Origin: Nitrosopumilus sp.
Lineage (GTDB): Archaea; Thermoproteota; Nitrososphaeria; Nitrososphaerales; Nitrosopumilaceae
NCBI GenBank assembly: GCA_965205425.1
Contig: CBDBGZ010000007.1
Location: 1-64,000 of the forward strand
DNA: 64,000 bases
Reading direction: 5' to 3'
Every line of letters starts with the position of its first letter. Within the stretch, counting starts at the first letter, position 1. The notes beneath the pieces were generated by a model. The model did no database searches, was not told where the DNA came from, and saw only the letters and a program-made list of their open reading frames with translations. The position numbers and the translations under genes were made by a program. Positions 19,254 to 28,160 of this stretch are shown piece by piece.

Positions 19254-19892
19254 TTATTTTTTAAATTCTACATTCGGAGTGTCTGGCTGTCCTGCAATTG
19301 CAATTAATCCACCATCACGTAATTGTTGTAATAATTGCATGACTTCTTTTTCGACTTGTTTTCTTTGTAATCCAGTTTGTTGAGCAAAAACTTCTACTAA
19401 TTCAGTTACTTTGCGTTCTCCATTACAAGACTTCCAAAAGTCAACAATTGCTTGATTTACCATAAAACCTTGCTCATGTTCATTTGCCAATACCATAGAA
19501 CCATCATCTTGTTGAACTAGTTTTCCAACTCCTTGAGGTAAAGCGGTTTCATAATTTATCGGGGCAGGAGTATTCATAGCAGCCCCCATATTTTTGATTT
19601 TTAGTTTTCCTTCCTCAGTCATTTTATCCATTGACCATGCAGGTTCCCATACAATATCTATTTTGACATTATTTACTCCAGGAACTTTTTTAGCAAATCT
19701 TGTAGCATCTTCAACAAGAGTTTCATGTAATGGACAACCCTGTGTTGTCATTGTCATTTTTATATTAACATCATTATTTTCAGTAACATCAATTCCATAA
19801 ATTAATCCCATTTCTACAATGTTTAGTGGAACTTCAGGATCCATACACTGTTTTAATGAATCTTCAATCGCTTGGGCAGAAACAGTACTCAT
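19254..19892 (-). CDS. DUF59/SufT Fe-S assembly domain fused to a PqqD-like domain
   Basis: DPEVPLNIVEMGLIY, TTQGCP, VWEPAWS; C-terminal VNQAIVDFW..CNG...LQQLRDGGLI. Confidence 0.88.
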   Translation of the reverse strand: MSTVSAQAIEDSLKQCMDPEVPLNIVEMGLIYGIDVTENNDVNIKMTMTTQGCPLHETLVEDATRFAKKVPGVNNVKIDIVWEPAWSMDKMTEEGKLKIKNMGAAMNTPAPINYETALPQGVGKLVQQDDGSMVLANEHEQGFMVNQAIVDFWKSCNGERKVTELVEVFAQQTGLQRKQVEKEVMQLLQQLRDGGLIAIAGQPDTPNVEFKK

Positions 19893-19928
19893 ATTGTAAA
19901 CGGCAGTTTGAAAAACAATAAAAACTTT

Positions 19929-21005
19929 CTAATTATTAGCTTCAAATAATTTTGGAATAGATTCCTCATATGGTACCTTAGCCACACCTTTTTCAGTAAT
20001 TATTCCAGAGATTAGTTCAGGAGGGGTCATATCAAATGCAGGATTAATTACCCCAATATCGTCAGGAGCAGTTTTTTTCTCACCAATACCTGTTACCTCA
20101 GATCCTTTACGCATTTCGATTATTACATTTTCAGCTTTTGTTTCTAAATCAATTGTAGACAATGGGGCTGCAACATAAAACGGAATTCCGTGTTGTTTTG
20201 CCATTGTTGCTACTTGATATGTTCCAATTTTATTAAAGACATGGCCAGTTTTTACAATTCTATCTGCGCCAACTACAACTTTATTCACTAATCCATTTGC
20301 CATAGAATAACCTACGGCAGTATCAGGAACTAAACTAACATCAAATCCATCATGTTTTAATTCAAATGCTGTCAATCTAGAACCCTGTTGAATTGGTCTT
20401 GTTTCAGTAGCAATAACTTTAACATTTTTTCCACTTTCTCGTGTTGCTCTAATTACACCCAAAGCAGTTCCATATGCTACAGTAGCTAATGCACCTGCAT
20501 TACAATGGGTCATTATAGTATCATTATTATCAAAAAGAATTGAACCATTTTTTCCCATAGCTTTGTTTATTTTAATATCTTCATCTGCCATTTTTTTAGC
20601 AGTAGAAATTACTAATTCTCTAATTTGTTCAATTGAATCTCCAGTCTTTGCAACATTCATTATTTTTTCTAATCCCCAACCCAAATTTACTGCGGTAGGT
20701 CTAGTTGCAAAAAGAACTTTTTTAGCATTTTCTAAAAAGGATAATAAATCATCTTTGGTAGTTGCAGTACTTTGTAATACAGCCAACGCCAAACCAAATG
20801 CTCCAGATATGCCAATTGCAGGTGCACCTCTAACTACTAAAGTAGAAATTGCATCTGCAACTTGATTAAAATCATCATATTCCACAACAATAAGTTCATT
20901 TGGTAATTTTGTTTGATCAATCATCAAAACTTTATTGTTTTTCCATTCCACTGTTTTTAGTAATGGCGGATTATTCGAGGCATTTTCAACCATTCCATTC
21001 TTCAA
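19929..21005 (-). CDS. mtnA: Methylthioribose-1-phosphate isomerase (eIF2B-like)
   Basis: VRGAPAIG, RPTAVNL, THCNAGALAT, ETRP, NKIGTY. Confidence 0.9.
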   Translation of the reverse strand: MKNGMVENASNNPPLLKTVEWKNNKVLMIDQTKLPNELIVVEYDDFNQVADAISTLVVRGAPAIGISGAFGLALAVLQSTATTKDDLLSFLENAKKVLFATRPTAVNLGWGLEKIMNVAKTGDSIEQIRELVISTAKKMADEDIKINKAMGKNGSILFDNNDTIMTHCNAGALATVAYGTALGVIRATRESGKNVKVIATETRPIQQGSRLTAFELKHDGFDVSLVPDTAVGYSMANGLVNKVVVGADRIVKTGHVFNKIGTYQVATMAKQHGIPFYVAAPLSTIDLETKAENVIIEMRKGSEVTGIGEKKTAPDDIGVINPAFDMTPPELISGIITEKGVAKVPYEESIPKLFEANN

Positions 21006-21071
21006 AATTTGAAGTGTTTTTTAAATCAATCTCATAATTCACCAAACATATATTTTCAATAATTTGTATGT

Positions 21072-22100
21072 ATGTACTTGTTAGATTTAGAAACTCTTCA
21101 AAAATATGATACACAAAAAATGTACAAAGTATACAATAATTGGCCAGAAATTGCATGTCAACATTATGAAAAAGATCTAGAAAGTGTGGATTTTGGTGAA
21201 ATTTCTCACATAATATTTGCAGGAATGGGAGGCTCTGGTGCCATAGGGGATATTTTTTCAGCTATCTTATCTAAAACAAATATTCATGTTGAAGTAGTTA
21301 AGGGCTATTTGTTACCAAAAACAGTTGATTCAAAAAGTCTAGTTGCAGTAACTAGTGTGTCAGGAAATACAGAAGAAACACTGAGCATACTATCTTCAGC
21401 TTCTAATTTAAAATGTAAAATAATTGCATTTTCAGATGGTGGAGAAATACAAAAATTTTGTTTGAAGAATAAAATAGAACACAGAAAAATTTCTATGATA
21501 CATTCTCCCAGAGCATCATTTCCAATTTTTTTATTTTCAATGATTAAAATATTTGAACCATTTTTACCTATTAAAAAAAATGATATTTTGGATTCGTTAA
21601 AAAAATTAGAAGTATTAAAAGAAGAAATTTCATCAGATAATCTAACTAGTGAAAATCCTGCAATAAGTTTAGCAGAATGGATTCAAGGAATTCCAATGAT
21701 CTATTATCCATGGGGATTGCAAGCAGCAGCTATTAGATTTAAAAATTCACTACAAGAAAATTCAAAAATACATGCAATGACTGAAGATGTTATTGAAGCA
21801 TGTCATAATGGAATTGTTTCTTGGGAAAGATCATCGGGCATAAAACCAATTTTAATTCAAGGTAATGATGATTTTTTTAAGACTAAAGAAAGATGGGACA
21901 TACTAAAAGAATTTTTTATTAAGAAAAATATTGACTTCAGAGAAATAAAAACAATGGAAGGAAATATTCTTTCAAAATTAATTAATTTGATTTATCTTTT
22001 GGATTATTCAACAATTTATAGATCAGCATTAACCGAAATAGATCCAACACCTACAAGTTCAATTGACTATATTAAAGAAAAATTAAAAACAAAATCATAA
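21072..22100 (+). CDS. Bifunctional phosphoglucose/phosphomannose isomerase (SIS)
   Basis: GMGGSG, SVSGNTEET, SPRAS, QENSK, EACHN. Confidence 0.9.
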   Translation: MYLLDLETLQKYDTQKMYKVYNNWPEIACQHYEKDLESVDFGEISHIIFAGMGGSGAIGDIFSAILSKTNIHVEVVKGYLLPKTVDSKSLVAVTSVSGNTEETLSILSSASNLKCKIIAFSDGGEIQKFCLKNKIEHRKISMIHSPRASFPIFLFSMIKIFEPFLPIKKNDILDSLKKLEVLKEEISSDNLTSENPAISLAEWIQGIPMIYYPWGLQAAAIRFKNSLQENSKIHAMTEDVIEACHNGIVSWERSSGIKPILIQGNDDFFKTKERWDILKEFFIKKNIDFREIKTMEGNILSKLINLIYLLDYSTIYRSALTEIDPTPTSSIDYIKEKLKTKS

Positions 22101-22133
22101 AGAATTTTTAAATCATATTTCCATATATTTTTA

Positions 22134-22330
22134 GGTGATTGTAAACCTATTACCACCAACTATTTTTGAGTAATTATTGGAAAAAACAATCAACATAATT
22201 GAGTTATCTAAAATAATTCACAACAAATCAACTGCATTGGAATTTCTCTGCAACCAATTCAAAAAGAAAAACACAATTCATTGTTCATCATGTAACTCTG
22301 AGAATTACTATATTATTTCAAGAGGGAAAC
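22134..22330 (+). pseudogene. IS1595-like element 5' fragment (zinc-ribbon N-terminus) cut by IS630
   Basis: End GGTGATTGTAAAC; TTG 22177 gives MEKTINIIELSKIIHNKSTALEFLCNQFKKKNTIHCSSCNSENYYIISRGK. Confidence 0.7.
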
Positions 22331-22332
22331 TA

Positions 22333-23416
22333 TACCTCGGAGCATAATTCTTTGCAATTTTTCAAAACAAATAGCAATACTTTTTGATCAGTAGTTAGAA
22401 ATAATTTCATGGACATCACAAATGACGAGTTACTCCAGGTCTACAAAAAAGAAAAAAATATTCACAAAAAAACAAGATTACATGCAATGTGCATTATTAA
22501 AATCAACGAATCCACAATTGCTGAAACTGCAAGCCAAATGTTTTGTACATGCAATTCTGTAATGAACTGGCTTGATTCATTTGAAAAATATGGATTGGAG
22601 GACCCCCCCCCTCGTTCTGGCCGTCCGCCATTAATCTCACATAAAACATTACAAAAAATAGAGCGTACATTTAAGAGAATTTCAAACGGCATGACTCCAA
22701 AGAAACTGATACAATTCATATTTTACAGAACACGCATTACATATCACATCACTCATGTGCGTCGTTTGATGCACAAATGGAATCTAAAACCAAAGGTTCG
22801 ACAAAAGGTACATGTGCGAGCAGCATCCAAGTATACATGCCGCAAGTGGAATAGTCGCATCATTTCACGCGTAGAAAAGGCAAAAAAGAATGGTTTTACA
22901 GTATTCATCCAAGACGAATCAGTATTTGTAGACGATGTGCGTCTTGGCAAAAAATACTGGACAGATGCACACCAAAGAATGATTGTATGTTGGAGAGGAT
23001 CGCACCAAAGATTTTTGGTTTATGGAAATGATGATAATCAAAGTTTTTTTAGATCGTATGAAAAATTTAATTCAATTGCATTTATGGATTATTTGGAGGC
23101 AGCTCGTAAAAAATTTGGAAAAATATTTGTTATTGTTGATAGGGCACCACAACACAAAGCTAATGATGTGAAAAAATATCTGTACAAAAACAAAGATGTC
23201 AAACTGGCATATCTTCTGAGAGGCTCCCCGCATTTAAGTATGATTGAAGAGGTTTGGAGACAGTGCAAACATGTCAATGTTGAATCAGAATTTTATGAAT
23301 CTATTCATGAGATGAGGTATACAGTTATGGAATATTTTAGAACGCACAAATTTAATTTGAATATGTATCAGTATTTTGCAAGAACAGTAAATTGAAAAGA
23401 CTTATGATCTGGGGTA
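22333..23416 (+). mobile_element. IS630-family element (different species from copies 1 and 2)
   Basis: TIRs TACCTCGGAGCATAATTCTTTGCAATTT / TACCCCAGATCATAAGTCTTTTCAATTT, with TA on both sides. Confidence 0.93.
22409..23395 (+). CDS. IS630 transposase (single ORF)
   Basis: RSGRPP, QDES, VDRAPQH, SPHLSMIEEVW. Confidence 0.9.
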   Translation: MDITNDELLQVYKKEKNIHKKTRLHAMCIIKINESTIAETASQMFCTCNSVMNWLDSFEKYGLEDPPPRSGRPPLISHKTLQKIERTFKRISNGMTPKKLIQFIFYRTRITYHITHVRRLMHKWNLKPKVRQKVHVRAASKYTCRKWNSRIISRVEKAKKNGFTVFIQDESVFVDDVRLGKKYWTDAHQRMIVCWRGSHQRFLVYGNDDNQSFFRSYEKFNSIAFMDYLEAARKKFGKIFVIVDRAPQHKANDVKKYLYKNKDVKLAYLLRGSPHLSMIEEVWRQCKHVNVESEFYESIHEMRYTVMEYFRTHKFNLNMYQYFARTVN

Positions 23417-23553
23417 TAGGACAGTATCTCTTGAACCAGAAGATATGTTTGTACCACAAGCACATACATCAGAAGATGTTGATGTAAAAATCAAATATAG
23501 ATACCACTCTGAAACAATAACAGCATTTTCTTAGTGATTTTTAAAATCTAAGT

Positions 23554-25023
23554 TTATGGATACGCTATTGATTGAATAACTTCAGAATCTAATTCAGAAA
23601 TATTAATTCTTTTTTGTTCCATACTATCTCTCATACGAATTGTAACTGTTTCATCTTCTAGAGTTCGATGATCAACAGTAATTGCAAATGGGGATCCAAT
23701 CTCGTCTAATCTTCTATATCTTCTACCTATTGCACCAGAATGATCTAAAAATGCATCACATTTTCTTTTTAGTTGAAGATAAATTTCATCTGTTTTCTCT
23801 TTTAATCCATCTTTTTTTACTAATGATAAAATTCCTATATGAACAGGAGACAAGTATGGTTTTAAAGCTAAAACTATTCTTTCATGCTCTTTGTCATCTT
23901 TCAAACTATGTTCTAAAATGGTGTACAAACTTCTATCAATTCCCATGGAAATCTCAAATACATGTGGTAAAACTTTGTCATCACCATCCATAATTTCAAA
24001 TTTTTGCTTACTCTTCTTTTCGTGACTGGACAAGTCATAATCAGATCTATAATTACATGCAACTAATTCTAACCAACCAATTGTAGTCTCTACTTCAAAA
24101 TCAAATGCAACCTCTGCATAGAATGCCTTTTCTTTATTACCTAGTTTTCTGAATCTGCTTTTTGTAATGTCGATTCCTGTTTTTTCATAAAATTCAGTCA
24201 AGATTCCTAAATAATATGCGACAAATTTGTTTGGAACAACTCCAGATTCTACTGCTTCTTTACATGTCATTGAGACAGGTTCTGAATCTGTTTGAACTCT
24301 AATTATAACATCTTGAATCTCTGAGAATTTTTCCATCTTAGTAAGTTTTGTTGGATTACAAAATACTTCAATCTCTGCTTGATAAAATTCTCTTAACCGC
24401 AGCAGACTTTGTCTTGGTGCAATTTCATTTCTAAAACTTTTTCCAACTTGTGCAATTCCTAATGGAAGTTTTCTCCTCATAGTTTTGTATAGTCTAGGAA
24501 AATCTACAAAGATTGATTGACATGTCTCTGGCCGTAAATATGCTTCTTCTTCTTCAGGACCAATGCCTACTTTGAACATCATATTGAAATTTTTTGTTTT
24601 ATCAAAGTCTCCTTTACACTTGGGACACTTGATATTGTTTTGTGAAATTGCATTGTCAAATTCTTCCAAATCTGCACTTTCAGGAATTTCAATTTGAGTA
24701 ATTTCAGCAATTGTTCTATCTGCTCTAAATGTTGCATTACATTTTGTACATTTGATAATAGGATCAGCAAAATTCCCTAAATGACCCGATGCCTCAAAAA
24801 CTGATTTTGACATAATCTGAGAACCATCAATTTCTAACATTTCGTCTCTTCGAATTAATTCTCGTCTCCATAATTCCAAGAATTTATTTTTTAAACTAAC
24901 ACCAGATGGACCATATTCCCAAAACCCAGCTTGAGCATCAGCATAAACTTCACAACTAGGAAAATAAAATCCACGCTCAAGTGCTAGTTTCATTACTGCT
25001 TCATAATCCATTAGTTCATCCAC
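23554..25023 (-). CDS. glyS: Glycyl-tRNA synthetase (alpha2 type)
   Basis: YLRPETCQ, GKSFRNEI.PR, REFYQAEIE, IGRRYRRLDEIG. Confidence 0.97.
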   Translation of the reverse strand: MDELMDYEAVMKLALERGFYFPSCEVYADAQAGFWEYGPSGVSLKNKFLELWRRELIRRDEMLEIDGSQIMSKSVFEASGHLGNFADPIIKCTKCNATFRADRTIAEITQIEIPESADLEEFDNAISQNNIKCPKCKGDFDKTKNFNMMFKVGIGPEEEEAYLRPETCQSIFVDFPRLYKTMRRKLPLGIAQVGKSFRNEIAPRQSLLRLREFYQAEIEVFCNPTKLTKMEKFSEIQDVIIRVQTDSEPVSMTCKEAVESGVVPNKFVAYYLGILTEFYEKTGIDITKSRFRKLGNKEKAFYAEVAFDFEVETTIGWLELVACNYRSDYDLSSHEKKSKQKFEIMDGDDKVLPHVFEISMGIDRSLYTILEHSLKDDKEHERIVLALKPYLSPVHIGILSLVKKDGLKEKTDEIYLQLKRKCDAFLDHSGAIGRRYRRLDEIGSPFAITVDHRTLEDETVTIRMRDSMEQKRINISELDSEVIQSIAYP

Positions 25024-25042
25024 TCACTCATTGAATAAATTT

Positions 25043-25882
25043 CTACGCAAATCCCTTTGCAACTCTAACATTCTCAAAGTCATCACGGTCATCATCAATT
25101 GGCGTTTCTAGAATTATGGGAATTTTTTTCTTGTTAGCAAATTTAACAACAGATGAAATTCCTTTTTCTCCTATCCCTCCTAATCCTAAATGGTAGTGTC
25201 TATCAAGATTACAACCAAGTTCTCCTCTTGCATCATTTAGATGAAGTATTTTCAAATTATCAATTCCTACATGTTTGTCAAATTCTGAAAAAGTTTTCTT
25301 TACAGTTTCTTCAGTTCTTAAATCATATCCTACAACAAATGCATGACAAGTGTCTATACATACACCAAATTTTTTTGTAGGTTTTAGTTGTTTGAAAATT
25401 TCCCCTAACTGTTCAAAACCAGAACCAACTGAGTTTTTTTGCCCTGCAGTATTTTCTAATAAAATCATTACATCATTTTTTGCTTTTCCAGCTTTTGTTA
25501 ATCCTTCAACTAGTTTTTTAATTCCAGCTTCGTCACCAGTTCCTAAATGACTACCAAGATGAGTTACTAAATATGGAATCCCCAATTGTGCACATCTTTC
25601 ACTTTCATCAATCAAAGTTTTAACAGATTTTTCAAATCCATCATCTTTTGGTGTTGCTAGATTTGGTAAATATGGCATATGTGCACATGTTGCAAATCTG
25701 TCAATTTTACTTGCTTTTAGTTTTGTTTTGAAATTATTGATATCTTCTTTGGTGAGTTCTTTTGCGTGCCATCCTCGTGGATTTCTGGTAAATATCTGAA
25801 ATGCTGAACATTCTCTTTCTACAGCATTGTCTACAGATTTGTCAATTGATCCAGATATAGAAACATGACAACCTATCTGCAT
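25043..25882 (-). CDS. nfo: Endonuclease IV
   Basis: GCHVSISG, LLENTAG, CIDTCH, HLND, DRH. Confidence 0.96.
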   Translation of the reverse strand: MQIGCHVSISGSIDKSVDNAVERECSAFQIFTRNPRGWHAKELTKEDINNFKTKLKASKIDRFATCAHMPYLPNLATPKDDGFEKSVKTLIDESERCAQLGIPYLVTHLGSHLGTGDEAGIKKLVEGLTKAGKAKNDVMILLENTAGQKNSVGSGFEQLGEIFKQLKPTKKFGVCIDTCHAFVVGYDLRTEETVKKTFSEFDKHVGIDNLKILHLNDARGELGCNLDRHYHLGLGGIGEKGISSVVKFANKKKIPIILETPIDDDRDDFENVRVAKGFA

Positions 25883-25966
25883 ATTACATATTTTTCTAAA
25901 ACATAATTTAAACCAGAGTCAAAATTCAAAAATCAGATTTTTAAGTAAACTAGGTAAATTACTTTT

Positions 25967-26992
25967 ATGCTTGCACTTGGACAAGATGAAATTGCAAAAT
26001 ACCCTTTTTTGGCTGATGCTGGACAATATCTCAAAGATCAAGGATTTTCACTAGAACAATTTGGCACAGATCCCGATTTGAAACAGCTGATTATCAAGGC
26101 ATATGAGCGAATTTTAGTTGCTGCAGATGGAAAAATCTACAAATCAGATCTAGATGGAGATCATGTTTCAAAAGAAGCAGCATTACCTAGAGAAGTTTTT
26201 TCATTTCTTTTAGCTATTGTTCTATTGAAATTAAGTGGGATGCATACATTGATCAAAAGATTTGCATTAGCTGAAGCAAGACGAGCAGAAAAATACCTAG
26301 AAAAAGATCTTGCAAATATTTCTGATGAATCAAAAAATCAACTTGCTATAAGAGTAATTGATGATCTTTTTTCAGTTCAGGTTGAAAAGTCAAAAGATTA
26401 TTTTATTATTCCAGTATCTGATTATTTGAAACACTCTATTAATTTTCATGAGAGAGAATGGAAACTAATCAACAGACATGTAGAAAATGGATATGTTTTC
26501 CTTTCTCCACATGAAACTGTTAGATTGATAAGAAAAGAATTGGGAACATACATCAATTCAAAAATTATTAATGCAAAAACTCCTACAATGATTCCTGGAT
26601 TTGAAGATTCGGTGAATAAACTAGTTTTATTATCAAAAAAGTTTACAACATATACTGTTACTACTGGTGAATATCCACCATGTGTAAAACATGCTATTGA
26701 TATACTTGAAAAAGGTGAAAATCTTCCACATTCTGGACGATTCATGCTTGCAACTTTTCTTTTATCAAAAGGACAATCTGTTCAACAAATTGCACCATTG
26801 TTCAAAAACGCACCTGATTATAATGAACGTGTTACACTGTACCAACTAAATCATTTAGCGGGAACTTCGGGAAGTGGAACTCAATATTCTTGTCCTTCAT
26901 GTGAGAAACTAAAAACTCAAAGTCTGTGTTTTGCTACTTCAGAATGTGACAATATTATTAATCCCTTACAATTTGGAAGGAAGAAAAAATAA
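25967..26992 (+). CDS. priL: DNA primase large subunit
   Basis: YPPC, NLPHSGRF, YQLNH, CPSC Fe-S domain. Confidence 0.95.
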   Translation: MLALGQDEIAKYPFLADAGQYLKDQGFSLEQFGTDPDLKQLIIKAYERILVAADGKIYKSDLDGDHVSKEAALPREVFSFLLAIVLLKLSGMHTLIKRFALAEARRAEKYLEKDLANISDESKNQLAIRVIDDLFSVQVEKSKDYFIIPVSDYLKHSINFHEREWKLINRHVENGYVFLSPHETVRLIRKELGTYINSKIINAKTPTMIPGFEDSVNKLVLLSKKFTTYTVTTGEYPPCVKHAIDILEKGENLPHSGRFMLATFLLSKGQSVQQIAPLFKNAPDYNERVTLYQLNHLAGTSGSGTQYSCPSCEKLKTQSLCFATSECDNIINPLQFGRKKK

Positions 26993-28113
26993 TGCAAGAG
27001 GTAGATATACAATTTCTAGAAGAATCATTCAAAAAATATTATTTTAATCATTTTGATCTAATCACAGTTCCAAAAAGAACGTCTGAAAGGGAATTTGGAT
27101 ATCAAAAATTTAATTCAGGAATGACTCGTCACATCTCTATAAAAGATGATAAGGAATTACATCTGATGCTTATGCAAAATGTCCCTTCTGATGTTTATTG
27201 TTCAAATGCTTACTATACATTTCCTAACTTACCAATGAATGAAAAAGATTGGAAAGAAGCAGATCTTATTTTTGATATTGATGCAAAAGATCTTAATTTA
27301 TCGTGTAGAGAAAATCATACAGTATCAATATGTAATGACTGTAATGAAGTTTCAAAAACTTCTATACAATGTACAAAATGTAATTCAACAAAATTAGAAA
27401 AAAAATCATTACCATGTAAAAATTGTATCGATGCATCAAAAACTGAAGTTTTAAAATTATCTGAAGTTTTAATTGATGATCTTGCTATAACTCAAGAAAA
27501 TATACAAGTCTATTTTTCTGGAAATGAAGGATTTCATGTTTATGTCTATAATTCACAATTTCAAGAAATTGGCTCTCGAGAAAGATCAGAATTAACCGAT
27601 TATATTTCACTTCGTGGTACTATTCCAGAAACATTTGGAATGAAAAAATTTAAGCCAAACCGTTCTTCTTTTCCAGATTTTGATGAAAAGGGATGGAGAG
27701 GAAGATTTTCAAAACAAGTTTTTGGTTCAAAATCTAAACGCTCAAAAATAATTACAGAATTAATTACAAATGGTTATTCCTCTTTTCAAAAAACACTTGA
27801 TGATGTATCAGAAAATATTGGAGTAAAAATAGATCCAAATGTTACTATGGATATTCATAGAATCTTTAGATTACCTGGTTCTATTAATAGTAAAAGTGGT
27901 CTTACAAAATTATTTTGTGATGATCTAGCAAAGTTTGATCCATATGTAGAAGCATCTTTTCTTAGTGATGATACGGTAGAAGTTGTTGCAAATTCCCCAG
28001 TACAATTTAGTTTAAAAAATAAAAAATTTGGTCCCTATTCTGACGAAAAAGTTACAGTTCCTACATTTGCTGCAGTCTATATGATTTGCAAAAAATTAGC
28101 TAGAATAGCTTGA
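26992..28113 (+). CDS. priS: DNA primase small subunit
   Basis: REFG, LIFDID, FSGNEGFH, DIHRIFRLPGS. Confidence 0.96.
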   Translation: MQEVDIQFLEESFKKYYFNHFDLITVPKRTSEREFGYQKFNSGMTRHISIKDDKELHLMLMQNVPSDVYCSNAYYTFPNLPMNEKDWKEADLIFDIDAKDLNLSCRENHTVSICNDCNEVSKTSIQCTKCNSTKLEKKSLPCKNCIDASKTEVLKLSEVLIDDLAITQENIQVYFSGNEGFHVYVYNSQFQEIGSRERSELTDYISLRGTIPETFGMKKFKPNRSSFPDFDEKGWRGRFSKQVFGSKSKRSKIITELITNGYSSFQKTLDDVSENIGVKIDPNVTMDIHRIFRLPGSINSKSGLTKLFCDDLAKFDPYVEASFLSDDTVEVVANSPVQFSLKNKKFGPYSDEKVTVPTFAAVYMICKKLARIA

Positions 28114-28160
28114 TTTTGCTGGTAAGACATTAATTTACCAAATCTTAAGAAAACTTAGTT

